DNA of 64,000 nt. Origin: Tubiluchus corallicola (Eukaryota > Animalia > Priapulida). The notes under the pieces were generated by a model that was given only the letters and a program-made list of their open reading frames with translations, had not been told where the DNA came from and ran no database searches. Both the position numbers and the translations under genes were made by a program. The stretch lies in contig JAQGDQ010000080.1 in NCBI GenBank assembly GCA_030141605.1, positions 310,001 to 374,000 on the forward strand. Reading direction: 5' to 3'. Positions 1 to 12,951 of this stretch are shown here, in pieces (positions within the stretch are counted from its first letter, which is position 1; each line of letters begins with the position of its first letter).

Positions 1-1804
1 AATAATAATTGTTAATTTTAACTTTATTGCAAAAAAACTTTTATAAATGCACATTCTTCAGATAGTAACTTTGTCAACAATTAAGTCAAACACAAAAATT
101 GATAACCCCTTACGAAAAAATTCTGCAACAATACAGTTTTATTTACACTGTATTTTAACTTTAAATAAGCTTGATCCAGTACATAATTATCACGCTTATA
201 CTTACCTACTGTTTAAAGGCTGACTGGTATGTTATCGTTGCAGAAGGCTGTCTTTTATTCGAACTTCTTTCACGAGCGTTAGAATGGCTGCAGATCGAGG
301 TCTTTTAAATTTGTAATGGACATTAATTGTCACGAAATTACAATGTTTTCTTTTAGACGATCACAGCGATTTTTCTTTGGACCGAATCTCAGACAATTCG
401 CGAATAATACTGTTTTTGCTAACCTATTTCTAAACATGGGAATAATACAAAACGTCATATCGAATTTTCATCGATACACAAAACACTGTTTTCGTACGTG
501 TTTGTCTGCATCTGTGTTTTCGCTAAATCAGCAAGTTGTTTTAACACAAGAAAGTTCTTAATAAATGAAAAAATTCTTACAAATAGAGTTACATTCTTAT
601 AGGTTTCCAGTTCCTACAATTTCACAGTTTTTAAGCAAACATTTAAACATGTGCTAGAAGGAAATGTAAGAAGCATTTTTGTCTTTTGAATTACACCTGC
701 TCTGCTTTAGTTAGACACTTGATGAGATAGATTGTTTAATGCGATCAGTTCTTTCTTGTCTATGCAGAGTTATATCAACTCGATAAACATATAAAAAATT
801 TGATGTGAATCATGTGATAACATGTAAATTATTTCTTGATCATGTATTAAATTGAGTTGTTAAAATTGCTGTAAATAAATGAGAGCTGATAAAATTCTCA
901 CGCAAAAGACGCGAATCGTAAATTAATGACAAGTTCCTGATTAAACTGCTATGGCATCACATGCATGTGATAAATAGTGCAATAAAATTTTCAAATAAAA
1001 ACGCCTAGCGATTCTACGTCAAGGCAGATAGCAATAATAAAAGAAGAGAGAGGCACTCAACTGTTAGACCACAGCACACATATACAAAAATAAATTTAAT
1101 CGCGCAACGATTTACATGAACCGAGAACAGTTAAATCTCTGGACGAATTACTTTCAATTTATATTCAACTTCAATTAAGGGGCGTAACAATTTCTTAATG
1201 TGATTTGAACGTGTAGGCAGCCGCACATTACCGTAAACCATCAGCCAATTTTACAGCGGGCTTTCAAACAGGACCCTAATGTCAAAAATATTATTGAGGG
1301 CCTAAAGTTACAATTATTCAAATTTTGATACCAAATTTGAAAGACAGGAAATGTGAAATACAGCCTAGATTAGAATTAGGAGCCTCCTTATGAAGCGTCA
1401 CTTTATAGGCCAATCAGCCATTATTCTAAAATTTGGCTAATTTACAAATTAATCATAAAATAATGTATTATTGTAATGCAACAGTCATATAAAATTTACT
1501 GTAAGAATTATTGGATTCAATGAATTCCAGGTAGCAATTGATGCTATATTTATAAAAAATTGTTTTGTATTATTATAATGTAGAAAAGGTTTAATTAACA
1601 AACTCTTAATGTGAATTTAATTTTAATTACAGATTTGTCAGTTAAGAATGGTTTAGAATGATTGAACCAAAGCGTTCTGTTTTAAATACACCTAAAAAAT
1701 TAATCAGTGGCGTCACCTATTCAGGGATGTACCTCGGGCAGAAAAATTGTGGAGATTAGATTCAGAGAACACGTCGATCCTCTTGAGAACCGAAATGAGA
1801 ATCC

Positions 1805-2000
1805 CACAGGAATGAATCAGTAGACGATCAAATATTTTTAATTTTTTGCGGTGAATAACGACTCCAAACAATATTAATTTCATGCTATTTTATATGGTAT
1901 ACTACAAAATGAAGAAAAAACACAGCTAACAATATTATCAGATACATCTGAATATATAAGAAAATTCCTAAGTGCAGGCATCAGTTGAATTTCCTCCTGA
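1805..2000 (-). pseudogene. Degenerate duplicated fragment of PDCD2L exon 5 plus adjoining intron
   Basis: Aligns by eye with 3288-3475 (e.g. aagaaaattcctaagtgcaggcatcagttgaatttcc vs aagaaaattcacaagtgcaggcatcaattgaatttcc). The donor GT is mutated to AT in the copy. Confidence 0.8.
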
Positions 2001-2777
2001 CATCTTTATTTTTTACAGTCTAACTCCAATTTTAGTATAGTAAACGCAAGCCCTCTTTCTGAACTGTAGCCCAGTACGTACATGTTGTCATAGCAGCGCA
2101 TTGCCTCTGTGCATTTAGGATTTCACATGTATATGTGATGTGTTGCCCTGATTTCGAAGACAGTATTCATATTGTCGTGTAGGCAATTATAGGTACGATC
2201 TAAAACCACTATTATGCAGCTCCCCAGTTTGATACCTAATGGATATTATATTCTTAACTCGATAAAAAATTACCAGTAGAACATATTAAAGAAGTTTGGA
2301 GATCTATCACATCAAAGAAGCAATTTATTGAAGCACGTGTACACTTAATACATCAAGAGTGCTTTAGAAGAACATAAATGAGCAATAAAAACTGAAAAAA
2401 ATTGAGCCAGTATCACACAAATTTGAATTCTTTTTTCTTACTTTAAAGATACTGCTGCTAATTGACACTGAATTAACAGTGCAGAAAACAAGCAAGCATA
2501 CTTAAATTACAGTCTTATAATCCAAAATGTATAATCTTAAATTGCATGGCTGCACTTTATCAAATGTCAAACTGTAAAGAGCTAACAAAGAAGGATTGTC
2601 AGTACAAGATTAATAACCGGCCAATTAGAAAAATACATGCAAACAGCTTATCCTTAAACATAGCCTCTTATTTATAACAAAATTATACAAGAAAATATGT
2701 TTGCATACATTTATGTCTGACTTTTGGCACATATAATATTGATTCTTTATTGTGGTATAAAAAATAATAATAAATGG

Positions 2778-5700
2778 TCATGCAGTAATATTTGAAAGGA
2801 GCTTGTCATAAGGATCAGGTTGTAAGATAATGTGTTCTTCCTTGTAACAGTCATTCTCAGTCCAGCAGCTGCTTATACAAGTCAGTATCATCACAGTTCC
2901 AAATTCTATGGGCGTTCCTAAATAATGACAAAAAATTGTATAATAATAACATTATTGTGCATTTGAAACATAAAATTACTGAGCATTTTAAAAAACTTTT
3001 GGAAATAATGACAGTGTCGATATTTGGAATTAGGACTGAACTGGACATGGTATTCTATTTTGGTGGGTCCTTTTCAACTTGCTTTGCTTTGAGATGCTTG
3101 CTTTGAAAGAAAGGCATGTTGCAGTCATAGTTTGTACATGAAGGCAGGATAAGAATGATGTTTTTATGGTTGTTGAACTAGCAAAGTAGGACATTGTCAT
3201 TGTTTGTGAACTGCCTAAGTAACTGGTCACAGCAGTTGTATAGATGATTATTACAATTATATTTATATATCTTATGTCATTGCAGAACTATGAATTAGTA
3301 GACAATCAGAGGTTTATTCAATTTTTTGCAGTGAATAATGGCAGCAAACAATATTAATTTCTTCTCTATTTATGCCCAATATTACAAAATAAACATAGCT
3401 AATAATATTACCAGACACATCTGGATATTTAAGAAAATTCACAAGTGCAGGCATCAATTGAATTTCCACTTGGCACTTTGATCCGCAGCTATCACATACA
3501 GCAGCAAGCTTCTCAGAATCTTCTTTATTTGGATCACATATGAAGAGTGGATTTCCTTTCCAACTGTATCTGTGAACGTTGATCAAGACATTACATTCAA
3601 AAACCACATTGACTACAGCAAACAACAAATTTTTAAGCCTAGGAGAAAATTAAGTCATTTTACTAAAAATCTGATTTACTCTCAGAAAGATTGTCACATC
3701 TGCATAACTTGGATTAGATTAACATTTCTATTAACTCACATGAGTTAAGTATAAGGAAAATATGAGTGCCAGTACACAATAAAAGTTATAAGACTTGTAC
3801 TGACGTCCATCAACAGAGATAGTAGATAGGAGTGAAGTACAATTGACTACACACTATACACATTGACTATACTGCAACAAGCACAGTGAGCCGCATAAAT
3901 TTAAATACATTCTAAAACTTACTCTAGTATGATAATGTACCACTGCAGTTATGCAGATACATGTATATATAAAAACAAGAAATGACAAGTAAATAGTCAT
4001 TCAAAGTCATTCAAGGAGAGCACCCAGTCAAGCATCCACCATAATAAAATCTCCACCCACAGACTGATTTAGATCATGAAGTGGTCTAAAGATTATTAAA
4101 AGTCTTAAGGATGTTACTTCAGTTTTGTTAACACATGATGCAACATCCAGGAAAGAGAATAATAATAATGGCGCCATGTAATAATTTAGGTTGAAATAAA
4201 GTATGTTTTAATCTTTAAATGTGAAAGCAACCCTGCTGGCTGCTTACTTAACATCGAATCTTACATAATGAGTATTATAGTAGAGAATTTGTGTGTTGTT
4301 TATTGAACTTTCAAGTTTTTGGATGTGCTACTTTAGCAGAATTAGCATCAACAAAGCACCAAGGAAAATTGTGTCCACTCAGTGTATTCTAACTTAATAG
4401 CAGATTACTATAAATGATTATAGATTTTAGGTGTTTAGCATTTTTCGTGAGTATTTCATACCAGAGTATTTAGGATCAAAGACACAAACTTTGGTCAGTT
4501 TGCCTCAATATCAAAGACCTTATATTTTGAACCAGAGCTACTTTATAGCAAAACACCAAGTGAGGATCAGAGTGCATACTAGTAGAAGCAAACAACCGAC
4601 AGTGAATTATTGCTTACGCACGTGATATGGAATTCCTAATAAATGGCACAGTTCCCATCGAGAGCACATAGTGATCAAATAGAGATAATCATGTGCTGTT
4701 TACCAATAGCTAATGGATGGATCAGTTGCACACAAAAATGCGAATTTCAGCTAGTGAGTTCTAAACTTATAAAATTTCATACAACAGGATGTGTAATTCA
4801 GTAGACGATTACATGAATGTAAATGTTCCGGAGTATTATAAATTAAAGATAATTAGTCTTTATTACAAGTTCCTAATCCTAGTTGGCCGTAAATTCAATT
4901 AATTAGCGATCGCTATAACAAGCACCTATAGCTGAAATGAATAGTGGTAATCTGTAATTTCACAACTCATCGAAGAAACACTGTAATGGCACTCAGTAGG
5001 TATACACCACCAAAATAGGATAAGGCATCTTGTGGAGTAGGTCTAAAAAATAGGTTGGTGTAATTTTTATCAGCGAGCATCGCAGGTGTAAAATAACCGA
5101 TACACTGATTTCTTATTACTCCCAATATATGCTTATGTTAAGCATCAAGTTTCCTTAGTCATCCACTTTCAATTCATGTTAATTTGGAAACACGGAATGC
5201 TAAAATCATCAACCACTAATGCTACACTCACCAATGATCAATGGTGCACACAATTTCCACATAGTATTTTTACAGTTTGATGCAGAAATCCAGCACTTGC
5301 CATTATTATCACCAGTCTGATCATTTTTGATAACTTATGAAACAACGGCTTTGGCAAAGATCCAAAAATTTTAACATGACAGGAGAGAAACACGTGTAGT
5401 AAGATAACACATCTTAAATGCAGAAATAAAAAAATATTCTTGAGGTACAATATGGAATATGTGTAATAAAGATGCAGGTGGCTTATAATCATTATGCGTA
5501 AGAAAAAAAGTTGAAATTGATACCTAATGCACTGCTCAGAACAAAGCCGTATTCTTTTGAAAAATCTATGGGTGCTTCTGTCTTCATGCCTTGCTTGACC
5601 GGATTCATATAATTCAGCAGGGTTATCAGTTTTACTAAAACAAAATAAATGGAAATCTTCATAATTTCATTATTCAATGTTAAAATAAATTAGGGAAAAT

Positions 5701-8190
5701 AATATTGCATGTATGTCAATTTAAATTTTATTATTTAACTTGACAGTCAGTCATGATATTTTACATCAATATTGTACCTGAATGTGTCTAAAAATACTGA
5801 CAGATCTGTTTCTTCTTCTTTTTCATAAACCGTCAGAAGCTGTCTGATATGACTACCTTCATTCTTATTGACTTCTCTTTTTTCTGTAGGCTCTTCAATC
5901 ACAGTAACATGATAAGCTTGTAAGTATGAGCAACCAGACAACAAAGGTGTGGAATTAAGTTCTGATAAAAGCCCTGAATGTGGCACACTTTCTGGAATTA
6001 TATTTTTCTTTCTTGTGTGAGAAATGCTAGCCTCAGGACATTCTTCAACAATATTATTTTGCACATTTGCTGATGCACATTTCTTAACATGACAACTGTT
6101 GCTATGGTCTACAGACAAATCATTTAAATTGCAACAAAGTGCATTTGACATATATTCAGCTAATGGTTCGACACTGGAAGTGTCATCAGGAACACCCCAA
6201 TCATCAGCATTATCGATCCAATCTGATACTGCTTCAGAATCCACAGAAGCAAATGCACCGACTCCTAAAGAAGTCTGATTGGATGGGTTATCTAAACATT
6301 GACAACGAATAGCCTTCCACCTAAAAAAAATAAAACCCAAGACTTTAGCATAGAGTGGATAATTCGTGGCTTTTTGTAGTTATTTTCTTTCTGTCAGTAG
6401 CAGTTTTCTCTGTTCTATTTTGGCTGATAAACTACAAGTGACCTTTAAGAACAAGCTCAGTTATAGTCTGCTCAGATACTGATACAAGTTAAGCTGAAAT
6501 GTGATGGTAATACTTATATTTCAACATATATGTGCTGAATATGTTAATGGCATACACGCATGTCATCAATGGTATTGGATATGATTGTTACAACTACTAA
6601 CCTGCTAACATAAATAAGTTAAATTGCTTGAAACATTTAAGTAACCAAATTTTTCCAAAGCTACAAGGACTTCAAGATACTTATGGATGAAATTTAGTTT
6701 GACCACCATCTCGTCATATTCAGCATTGTCAAGATCAACATTATCAAGCCACAATGATATTCCATTAATTATAAACATAGTTCTTGAAGGCTAAATGATA
6801 AAAGACTGTTTTTTGCAGCACTTTGTTGCTGAAGAATGAACTGGGGATGGGCAAAATTTATTCACAGCAAATTTGGCCTAAAATATGTTTGTGTAACAGT
6901 ATAAAACAGACAATTTTTGTTTCAATGAACTACACAAATGCCCAGTAAAAATGCAAATTCACGTTGGTGCCAATTAAAAGTTAAAGAATTCATATTTACT
7001 ATAAAATCTTACCCTTGAGCATTCTTGTGGCAAGACTGAGACATACAAGCAAAGATGTATATAGTTCGATGATAATCAGAACCCTCTAATGGACAATAAA
7101 TTTGCACAACCAGTAGCAAAGGCTTGTTACAAAGAGGACAAATTGTCGTTACTGAATTAGACATCCATGCCTAAAGCATCACAAAAATGACTGAATTACG
7201 ATAGTTTTTCCATTTTGCAACCAGTTAACAAGTTCACTCATGTTTTTAATACTTTCATAATCAGCATAAACAAGAATATGAATGTGGAATTTCAAGACCG
7301 ACAAGAGGTCCAACAACACTTAGCCATGAAACAACATAGTTTTTTGTACTTTGTATAAGTACTTTTCCCATAAATTCGGCAGTATGACAAGGATGAATTT
7401 GGTAAAATGGCTTCAACAGGAATGGATGCTCTTGTTGTGTAACAAAAGAATGTTTATCAATCAAAGTAGATGAATTGGAAAACTGCCAAACATCAGCCAA
7501 AGGTAGCAAACTGCCATTTTGCTTCCATATATTAAAGTATAATACAGGCACATTGTAGCTCATACTGTATATTACATGATAATCAAATGTCAACATGGTT
7601 TGGTCAGTGCTCCTACAAAACACACTCAAATCTTCTTCATCAGAGAAGTCTTCTAACACAATGTCAGCTGCATTGTTACTTTGCACATTAAAACTTCTAC
7701 GAATTCTTTTGCTTATGAATCCAGCTGTGCCTCCAATTGTTTCCCACTTCCAAAAATCTGAAACCTTATTTGAATGACCAATTAATTCAAAACAATTCTG
7801 ACAGAATTCTTCCGATGTTAAAGTTGATGTCTTAGTGGTTAATGAAGCCATGATCGCAATAATCTTACAACAATCACCATACTAGCAAATTAAACAGTTT
7901 GAATGGCACATCTATTAACAGCTTCTAACAAATGTCACTTTCATCAAAAGAGTTTGCCACCAGAAGACACGCGGCGCACAAGAAATCTAAGCTGAATATA
8001 CAAACAAATAACTATCCATGATTTAACTCGCACTGCGAAAAAAGCACAGATTATTAAATTCGCACCTCTGTTTCAAGCAATACACATTTTTACTTACTGG
8101 ATTTCCTCCTATCTGATTTGTAGTGAAAGTAATACTTTCAAGCTCTGAAGTCGATATTTCGACGTCAGCCAAGCCAAGTAATTCAGACAT
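2778..8190 (-). CDS. PDCD2L: Programmed cell death protein 2-like (PDCD2L/TSR4 family, uS5 chaperone), 6 exons, ~400 aa
   Basis: Exons 8190-8098, 7170-7013, 6320-5778, 5634-5524, 3569-3412, 2917-2778. All introns are GT-AG with consistent phases; 1203 nt in total. Motifs: MSELLGLAD..NQIGGNPAW, CPLC..LVVQIYCPLEGSDYHRTIYIFAC, RFFKRIRLCSEQCIRYSWKGNPL, CDSCG..EIQLMPALV, IEFGTVMILTCISSCW. Confidence 0.92.
7261..7851 (-). CDS. ATG10: Ubiquitin-like-conjugating enzyme ATG10 (E2-like, autophagy), intronless, nested in PDCD2L intron 1
   Basis: 196-aa ORF with YHVIYSMSYNVPVLYFN, VTQQEHPFL, catalytic FYQIHPCHT and the C-terminal NYVVSWLSVVGPLVGL typical of ATG10. Candidate ATTAAA poly(A) signal at 7250-7245. 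Confidence 0.93.
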   Translation of the reverse strand: MASLTTKTSTLTSEEFCQNCFELIGHSNKVSDFWKWETIGGTAGFISKRIRRSFNVQSNNAADIVLEDFSDEEDLSVFCRSTDQTMLTFDYHVIYSMSYNVPVLYFNIWKQNGSLLPLADVWQFSNSSTLIDKHSFVTQQEHPFLLKPFYQIHPCHTAEFMGKVLIQSTKNYVVSWLSVVGPLVGLEIPHSYSCLC

Positions 8191-8979
8191 TCTAACTTCT
8201 CGCGTATGTCTTATTCCTTCCGCAAAACTTGTGGCTGCTTAAATATTCATAATCAATAATGAATATCGAAGAACTCTGCACATTTGATAGTGTGGCCTTG
8301 CTAAATTGACTTGTTATAAAATCATCATTAGGGTGTCCATTACGTCTGCTGTAAACATTGAGCGGAGAGAATTCTAATATAAACGAAATCTGCAAAGAAT
8401 TATAAAATCACTGTAACAATAACATATACGTATATCATCATCATCGTAAGCCCATTAAGTCTATTGTAATATGTTATCGTTCTTACAAGCATAAGCGGAG
8501 ATCTTTGGGTAAGCGAATAATTGTCATTGAACCGCAGCACAGATTGTTGCAGTGACTACTTTATACAGTGAAACGTGTCTGCGGAAAATAAAATAAAAAA
8601 ATTTATAAACCTATATAAAAAAATAAAAGAACCTTGGACAAGAAAAATAAAAAGACGCCGTTTAAGATGGATCGGGTATGTGCTTTGACCTGATGACAGT
8701 GAAGATAAGTCTTCAACAAACCCATATAATCAGGCAAAAAACCTGCAGGAGGACAAAATTTAATGTTTACATAATGTTTGAACGAAAAAATGTAAATATT
8801 TCAGCACTGATCCTTTGCGATAAATGCACTTGTGACAATACAATAGTATTGGCATAGGGAAGTGAACAGAATCATATCCCTAGACCTATGATTCATTGGA
8901 TGATGATAGTGATGATGATGTAGCCAATCACTCAATGGTCTGAAGTCGAATAATTGTAATCACGCAGAGATGCAGAGAT

Positions 8980-9383
8980 TAGGGGTGAGCATTGAATGTT
9001 CGAGTTCGAACGAGTTTTTTAGTTCGAATTCGATTCGAACCTAAAATTATAGATTCGAATAATTCAGCACTTCAGCCACAGGCATTTTTATCATTAAAAT
9101 GTTTGAAACGGCATGCAATTAGTACAATTTAGCTGCAGTTTCTCTGCAAATTTTTTAACAAACTAATAATGGTTTTACTGCAGAACAAAATCAAGTGATG
9201 TGCATAACTTTGTAAGACCACTCTTTACTACTGGTTCGAAAACTTGTTCGAAAATCTTTCAAACTCAATTAGAATTTGATTCGGATTCGATATACCGATA
9301 TTCGGTTTGATTCAAATTCGAAAGTCACAAATTCGATTCGATTCGATTCGAATTCGCTTTTTAATAGAGAATGCTCACCCCTA
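8980..9383. mobile_element. Non-autonomous hAT-like MITE, family A, copy 1
   Basis: TIRs TAGGGGTGAGCATT...AATGCTCACCCCTA, near-perfect 8-bp TSD (gcagagat/tcagagat) and subterminal TTCGA repeats. Confidence 0.85.
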
Positions 9384-10359
9384 TCAGAGATAGATTCAAG
9401 AACAAAACACAAAAACAAAAAGTTCAAAAAATGTAAAACCTATGATAACCAATGTTTTATTGTTCATTGTTTATACTGTTTATGGACAGTATGTTGTCCA
9501 TTCTGACATTAATACACCAATGAGAAAGTTCTGTCAGTTTGGAGTTCCATACAATAACTAACTGGGAGTGCATGGTCATGCACACACAACCACGCATGTT
9601 CAGCACACATCAGTACATCTCCTTCTCTATACAAGTTATATTTCACATAGTAACTACTATATATAATTAACTATGCAGTTATGCTACTTGAATTGCAAGA
9701 CATTGCCAGAAGGATATTTCTACAAAGTGTAAGTAACTTATGCACTAATAAAATAATGCACTGGAATCATAATAACAAATGCACATAAAATTCTTATTTT
9801 ACATGTGATCAGTCTTGCATATTTCTTGCAGCTTTCTGGTTTCTGCAAGTCAACGTCCAGTTAGGGGGTACGATATCTTTTGTTGTTGCATTACTTTTCT
9901 TTTGCTTTGGCTCGTGATGACGTACACATAGTAGAGTACAAAAGTGCTATGTAGATCAAACAGCTAGGGGTAAATAAGAAGGAAGTTTATTGAAGAGGAG
10001 ATCAAGAAAGCAATTTGATGATATAATGGGACACATCAGTATACATCTAAAATCAGCATAACCATCATAATCATTGTTTTGCATTCGAGAGCTAGTTAAT
10101 TATTACTTCTGCAATAATACTGTATACACGCCATGAGCTGCTATTTGAAATCTTTAGTGTTTATCAGCTTAAAGATTATAGTTTAAATCATGAGTACAAG
10201 TCATAGAGTTTTCACAGAGGTATCACAAATAAAAAGCTATGTAACCTGCTAAACATTCGTCGGCGAGCTCCATTGCTGTTCTTGATAATGTATTAGTGTT
10301 CCCATTAGACCAAAGCATCACAGAATCACTTGACAATCTATTAGGCTTTCAATATTATT

Positions 10360-10610
10360 TAAGTGTAGAAGGCCCGCACGTATTGCTCATAAGTCTGCAG
10401 TCTTGAGAGATATATGATCAAAGTCTCGAAAGAGTCAAACTCAAGTTCCGTTGACACATCTTGCAGATGTTTCACAAGCTTATACCTTTTGAATCCTGAT
10501 CATAGGTTTGTTACTGGATCATCTTAGTCTCTATTCTGTCATCCAGGATATAGCTTCCAATGTGTTAGCCACTAAGTCTGCGATATTGAAATCTGGTGAA
10601 TTTCCAAGCT
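10360..10610 (-). mobile_element. Decayed Tc1-like transposase C-terminal fragment
   Basis: The minus strand reads LGNSPDFNIA, then after a frameshift HIGSYILDDRIETKM. This resembles the Tc1 PxxSPDLNPIE..W/G motif region. Confidence 0.4.
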
Positions 10611-11209
10611 ATTAGATTTGCATTAAAATTGATGTGTGAAACGCATAAAGTTTGCACGCTAAAATTAACATTATGATACATTAATAATATTGGAATTTTA
10701 AAATAATTGTTTCTGCAATTCTTTAATGTAATAATAATTATTGTTCAAGTACTGTTGCACTTTGTATCTGTCTCCTCTAGCAAAATAAAATTATGTTTCA
10801 CCATTTATTGTAGATAATGATGGAGACGGCAGAAGGAAAGAAAATGCAGCAGGTATCACATGCTCATTTTCATTATCTTAATTACAAAAACATTTAATAG
10901 TGTATGTTTTTTCGCAAAAACGGTTCATTCTTAGTAAGAAGGAATTTCATTGTAGGTACTATAATGATTCTAATGTTTTCCGAGTACTGATTATGTGCAA
11001 AAGACGTGACTGATTAAGTCTTACAGCCAATGTAAATATCGAACAACCTATTGTCTTTTTTCCCACTACTTCCATTAACACATCCATCTTCCTTTCCTGC
11101 ATCATCTGTCTTTTCACCATGTTCTTTTTTGGTTCACATATTAGTGGGCGTATACAAGCTTTTGTTTTTTTACCACACTGCAGTACAATTTTTCTTTTAT
11201 GGTAACAAT

Positions 11210-11593
11210 TAGGGGTAAGCACCAACATCCGAATTTTTTCATAGTTCGATTTCGATTAGAACCTAAAATTATAGATGCGAATAATCTAGCACTTCAATTG
11301 TATATGTTCTTTCAGTATCATTGAAACATTTGAAGCGTCATGCAAGCGTAATTTACCTGCTATTGCTGTGCAATTTTTTTAAGCAAATTATTAGTGTTTT
11401 TATTGCAGAATAAAATCAAGGAATGTGTATGACCTTTGTGAAACTTCTTTTTACTAACAGTTTGAAAATTTATTCCAAAATCTTTAAAACTGAATTCGAT
11501 TTTCATTCAAAATCTCGAAATTCGGTATGATTCCAGCTTGAAAATCGCAAATTCGATACGAATTTACTTTCTGGCTGAAAATGCTCACCCCCA
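11210..11593. mobile_element. hAT-like MITE family A, copy 2
   Basis: Begins TAGGGGTAAGCA and ends AATGCTCACCCCCA. The internal sequence is colinear with 8980-9383. Confidence 0.8.
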
Positions 11594-11719
11594 GTAATGA
11601 GAGTGTATCATAATTTTAATTATGATGTACATAATAATATATGTAACTTGTTACAATGTATTGAATATTACTATTGCATTGACTGTGATAAAAATAAAAT
11701 TTCTTCTATATTTGTGCAA

Positions 11720-11990
11720 CTTCTTCTTCTTTTGTTGTTCTAAACATCCATTGTAGGCAATGAGTCTCCATCCTGTATTAGAGCGCCCAATGTTTCTTGC
11801 CTGTAGCTGTGTAGCTAAATACCTGTGATGCTATTATTATGTTTTGACTCAGCTGTTGTAAATCTTTACTAATTCTTGATATCCAGGTTTTTTGGTTTGC
11901 TGGAGGTCCTTTAGCAAGTTTCAGTGCCTCGTTTAATGCATGCTGGTGTTGCAGCTGCTGTTTCTTAGTTATTTGTGCACGCATTGTGTA
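11720..11990 (-). mobile_element. 3' end of a decayed RTE-like LINE
   Basis: ORF 11778-11984 reads AKGPPANQKTWISRISKDL..KKHW, resembling the RTE C-terminus RPxGRPKxTW..I.KDL..W. It is followed by an (AAG)n-type tail at ~11720-11740. Confidence 0.5.
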
Positions 11991-12179
11991 AATAATTCAC
12001 GTCTTGAGGAATTACAGGTTAACATTGTCGTCTAGATTATAGATGTTCTAGACCTCCACCGAAGGTTTGCCGTACTGTTAATACTTCGCTCTTTACTTTC
12101 TTCACTGTTTTTCTTTCATTTTTATCATTTATTTTATTGCTGTTTGAAAGATCATATTATGTAGAACATTAAAACTTTG

Positions 12180-12310
12180 AGAGAAACTTCGAACAGAAAA
12201 CGCACTTTGTAACTGCGGTTTAAAATTAGTTCCTGAAAAACGTTGTGAGCCTGTGACCTTTTGTTTTTGAGTTTCGACTCGAGTCATAACGCCTAGGGTG
12301 ACCGGTAAGT
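12180..12310 (+). promoter_or_regulatory. Candidate non-coding first exon / 5' splice donor of cyclin Y
   Basis: Locally CpG-richer segment ending in a strong donor CCG|GTAAGT (12304/12305). The ATG-containing CCNY exon has an acceptor at ~15257-15258, so an upstream UTR exon is required. Confidence 0.4.
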
Positions 12311-12951
12311 GAGTCATACTAGCTAAAGACGCTTGCTTAGACCGATGTCAAGATGCATAAGTGACTCATAGTTAAATTCTTAACATTGTTTATACCATAG
12401 ACTGGCTTATACAGTGCCATTTTTACCCTGCCAACCATTTGAGGTAAAAATGAGTGGGAAAAATAGACAGCCCGAAGATCGTCTCGCCCCTGGCAGGGGG
12501 TCAAGGGGGCAAATTATGCCCTAGAAAATTTTGCTTGTTTGGGTATCAAAATTAAATTATCAAAAAATTAAGGTGCGAATAACACAATATAATGTTGAGA
12601 GTTGACTGGTCTTTTAGTAGTTGATTGATGTCTGACATTGAACTTAAAATTTGTTTTATAAATTATTTCCTTAATTTAATCCATATTTGAGTCTTGGATT
12701 GAGTAATGAATGCTTCTAAAATGGTCTGTACTGCACTTTATCGTAGTTTCTCCCAAACACATTTATTTGACCCTAGGCCCAGTGTCATACAATTTAGGGA
12801 TGCATGAATATACAAATATTTGCTGTATATGTTTACTGAACTTCAGTTGATTAGCTGTCTTCAGACTTTAAACGGTTATTACATGTCTAAGAGATATTAT
12901 ATATCTCGATCTTGAGTAAAGACGGTTGCTTTTCAAAATCTGAGTCACAAA

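Noticed and set aside
200-561. ORF 316-561 and minus-strand donor AG|GTAAGT at ~205
   Set aside because: No recognisable protein and the minus-strand frames contain stops. It may be a UTR exon of a gene outside the window, but I cannot support that.
5233-5316. Exon-like segment in PDCD2L intron 4 (CAG...TG|GTGAGT)
   Set aside because: Not needed for frame or homology, because exon 4 joins exon 5 cleanly (CIR|YSW). No family motif.
8990-9360. TTCGAA/GAATTC arrays resembling CRISPR repeats or heat-shock elements
   Set aside because: No regular repeat-spacer period, and the spacing mostly does not fit nGAAn triplets. Explained as MITE subterminal repeats.
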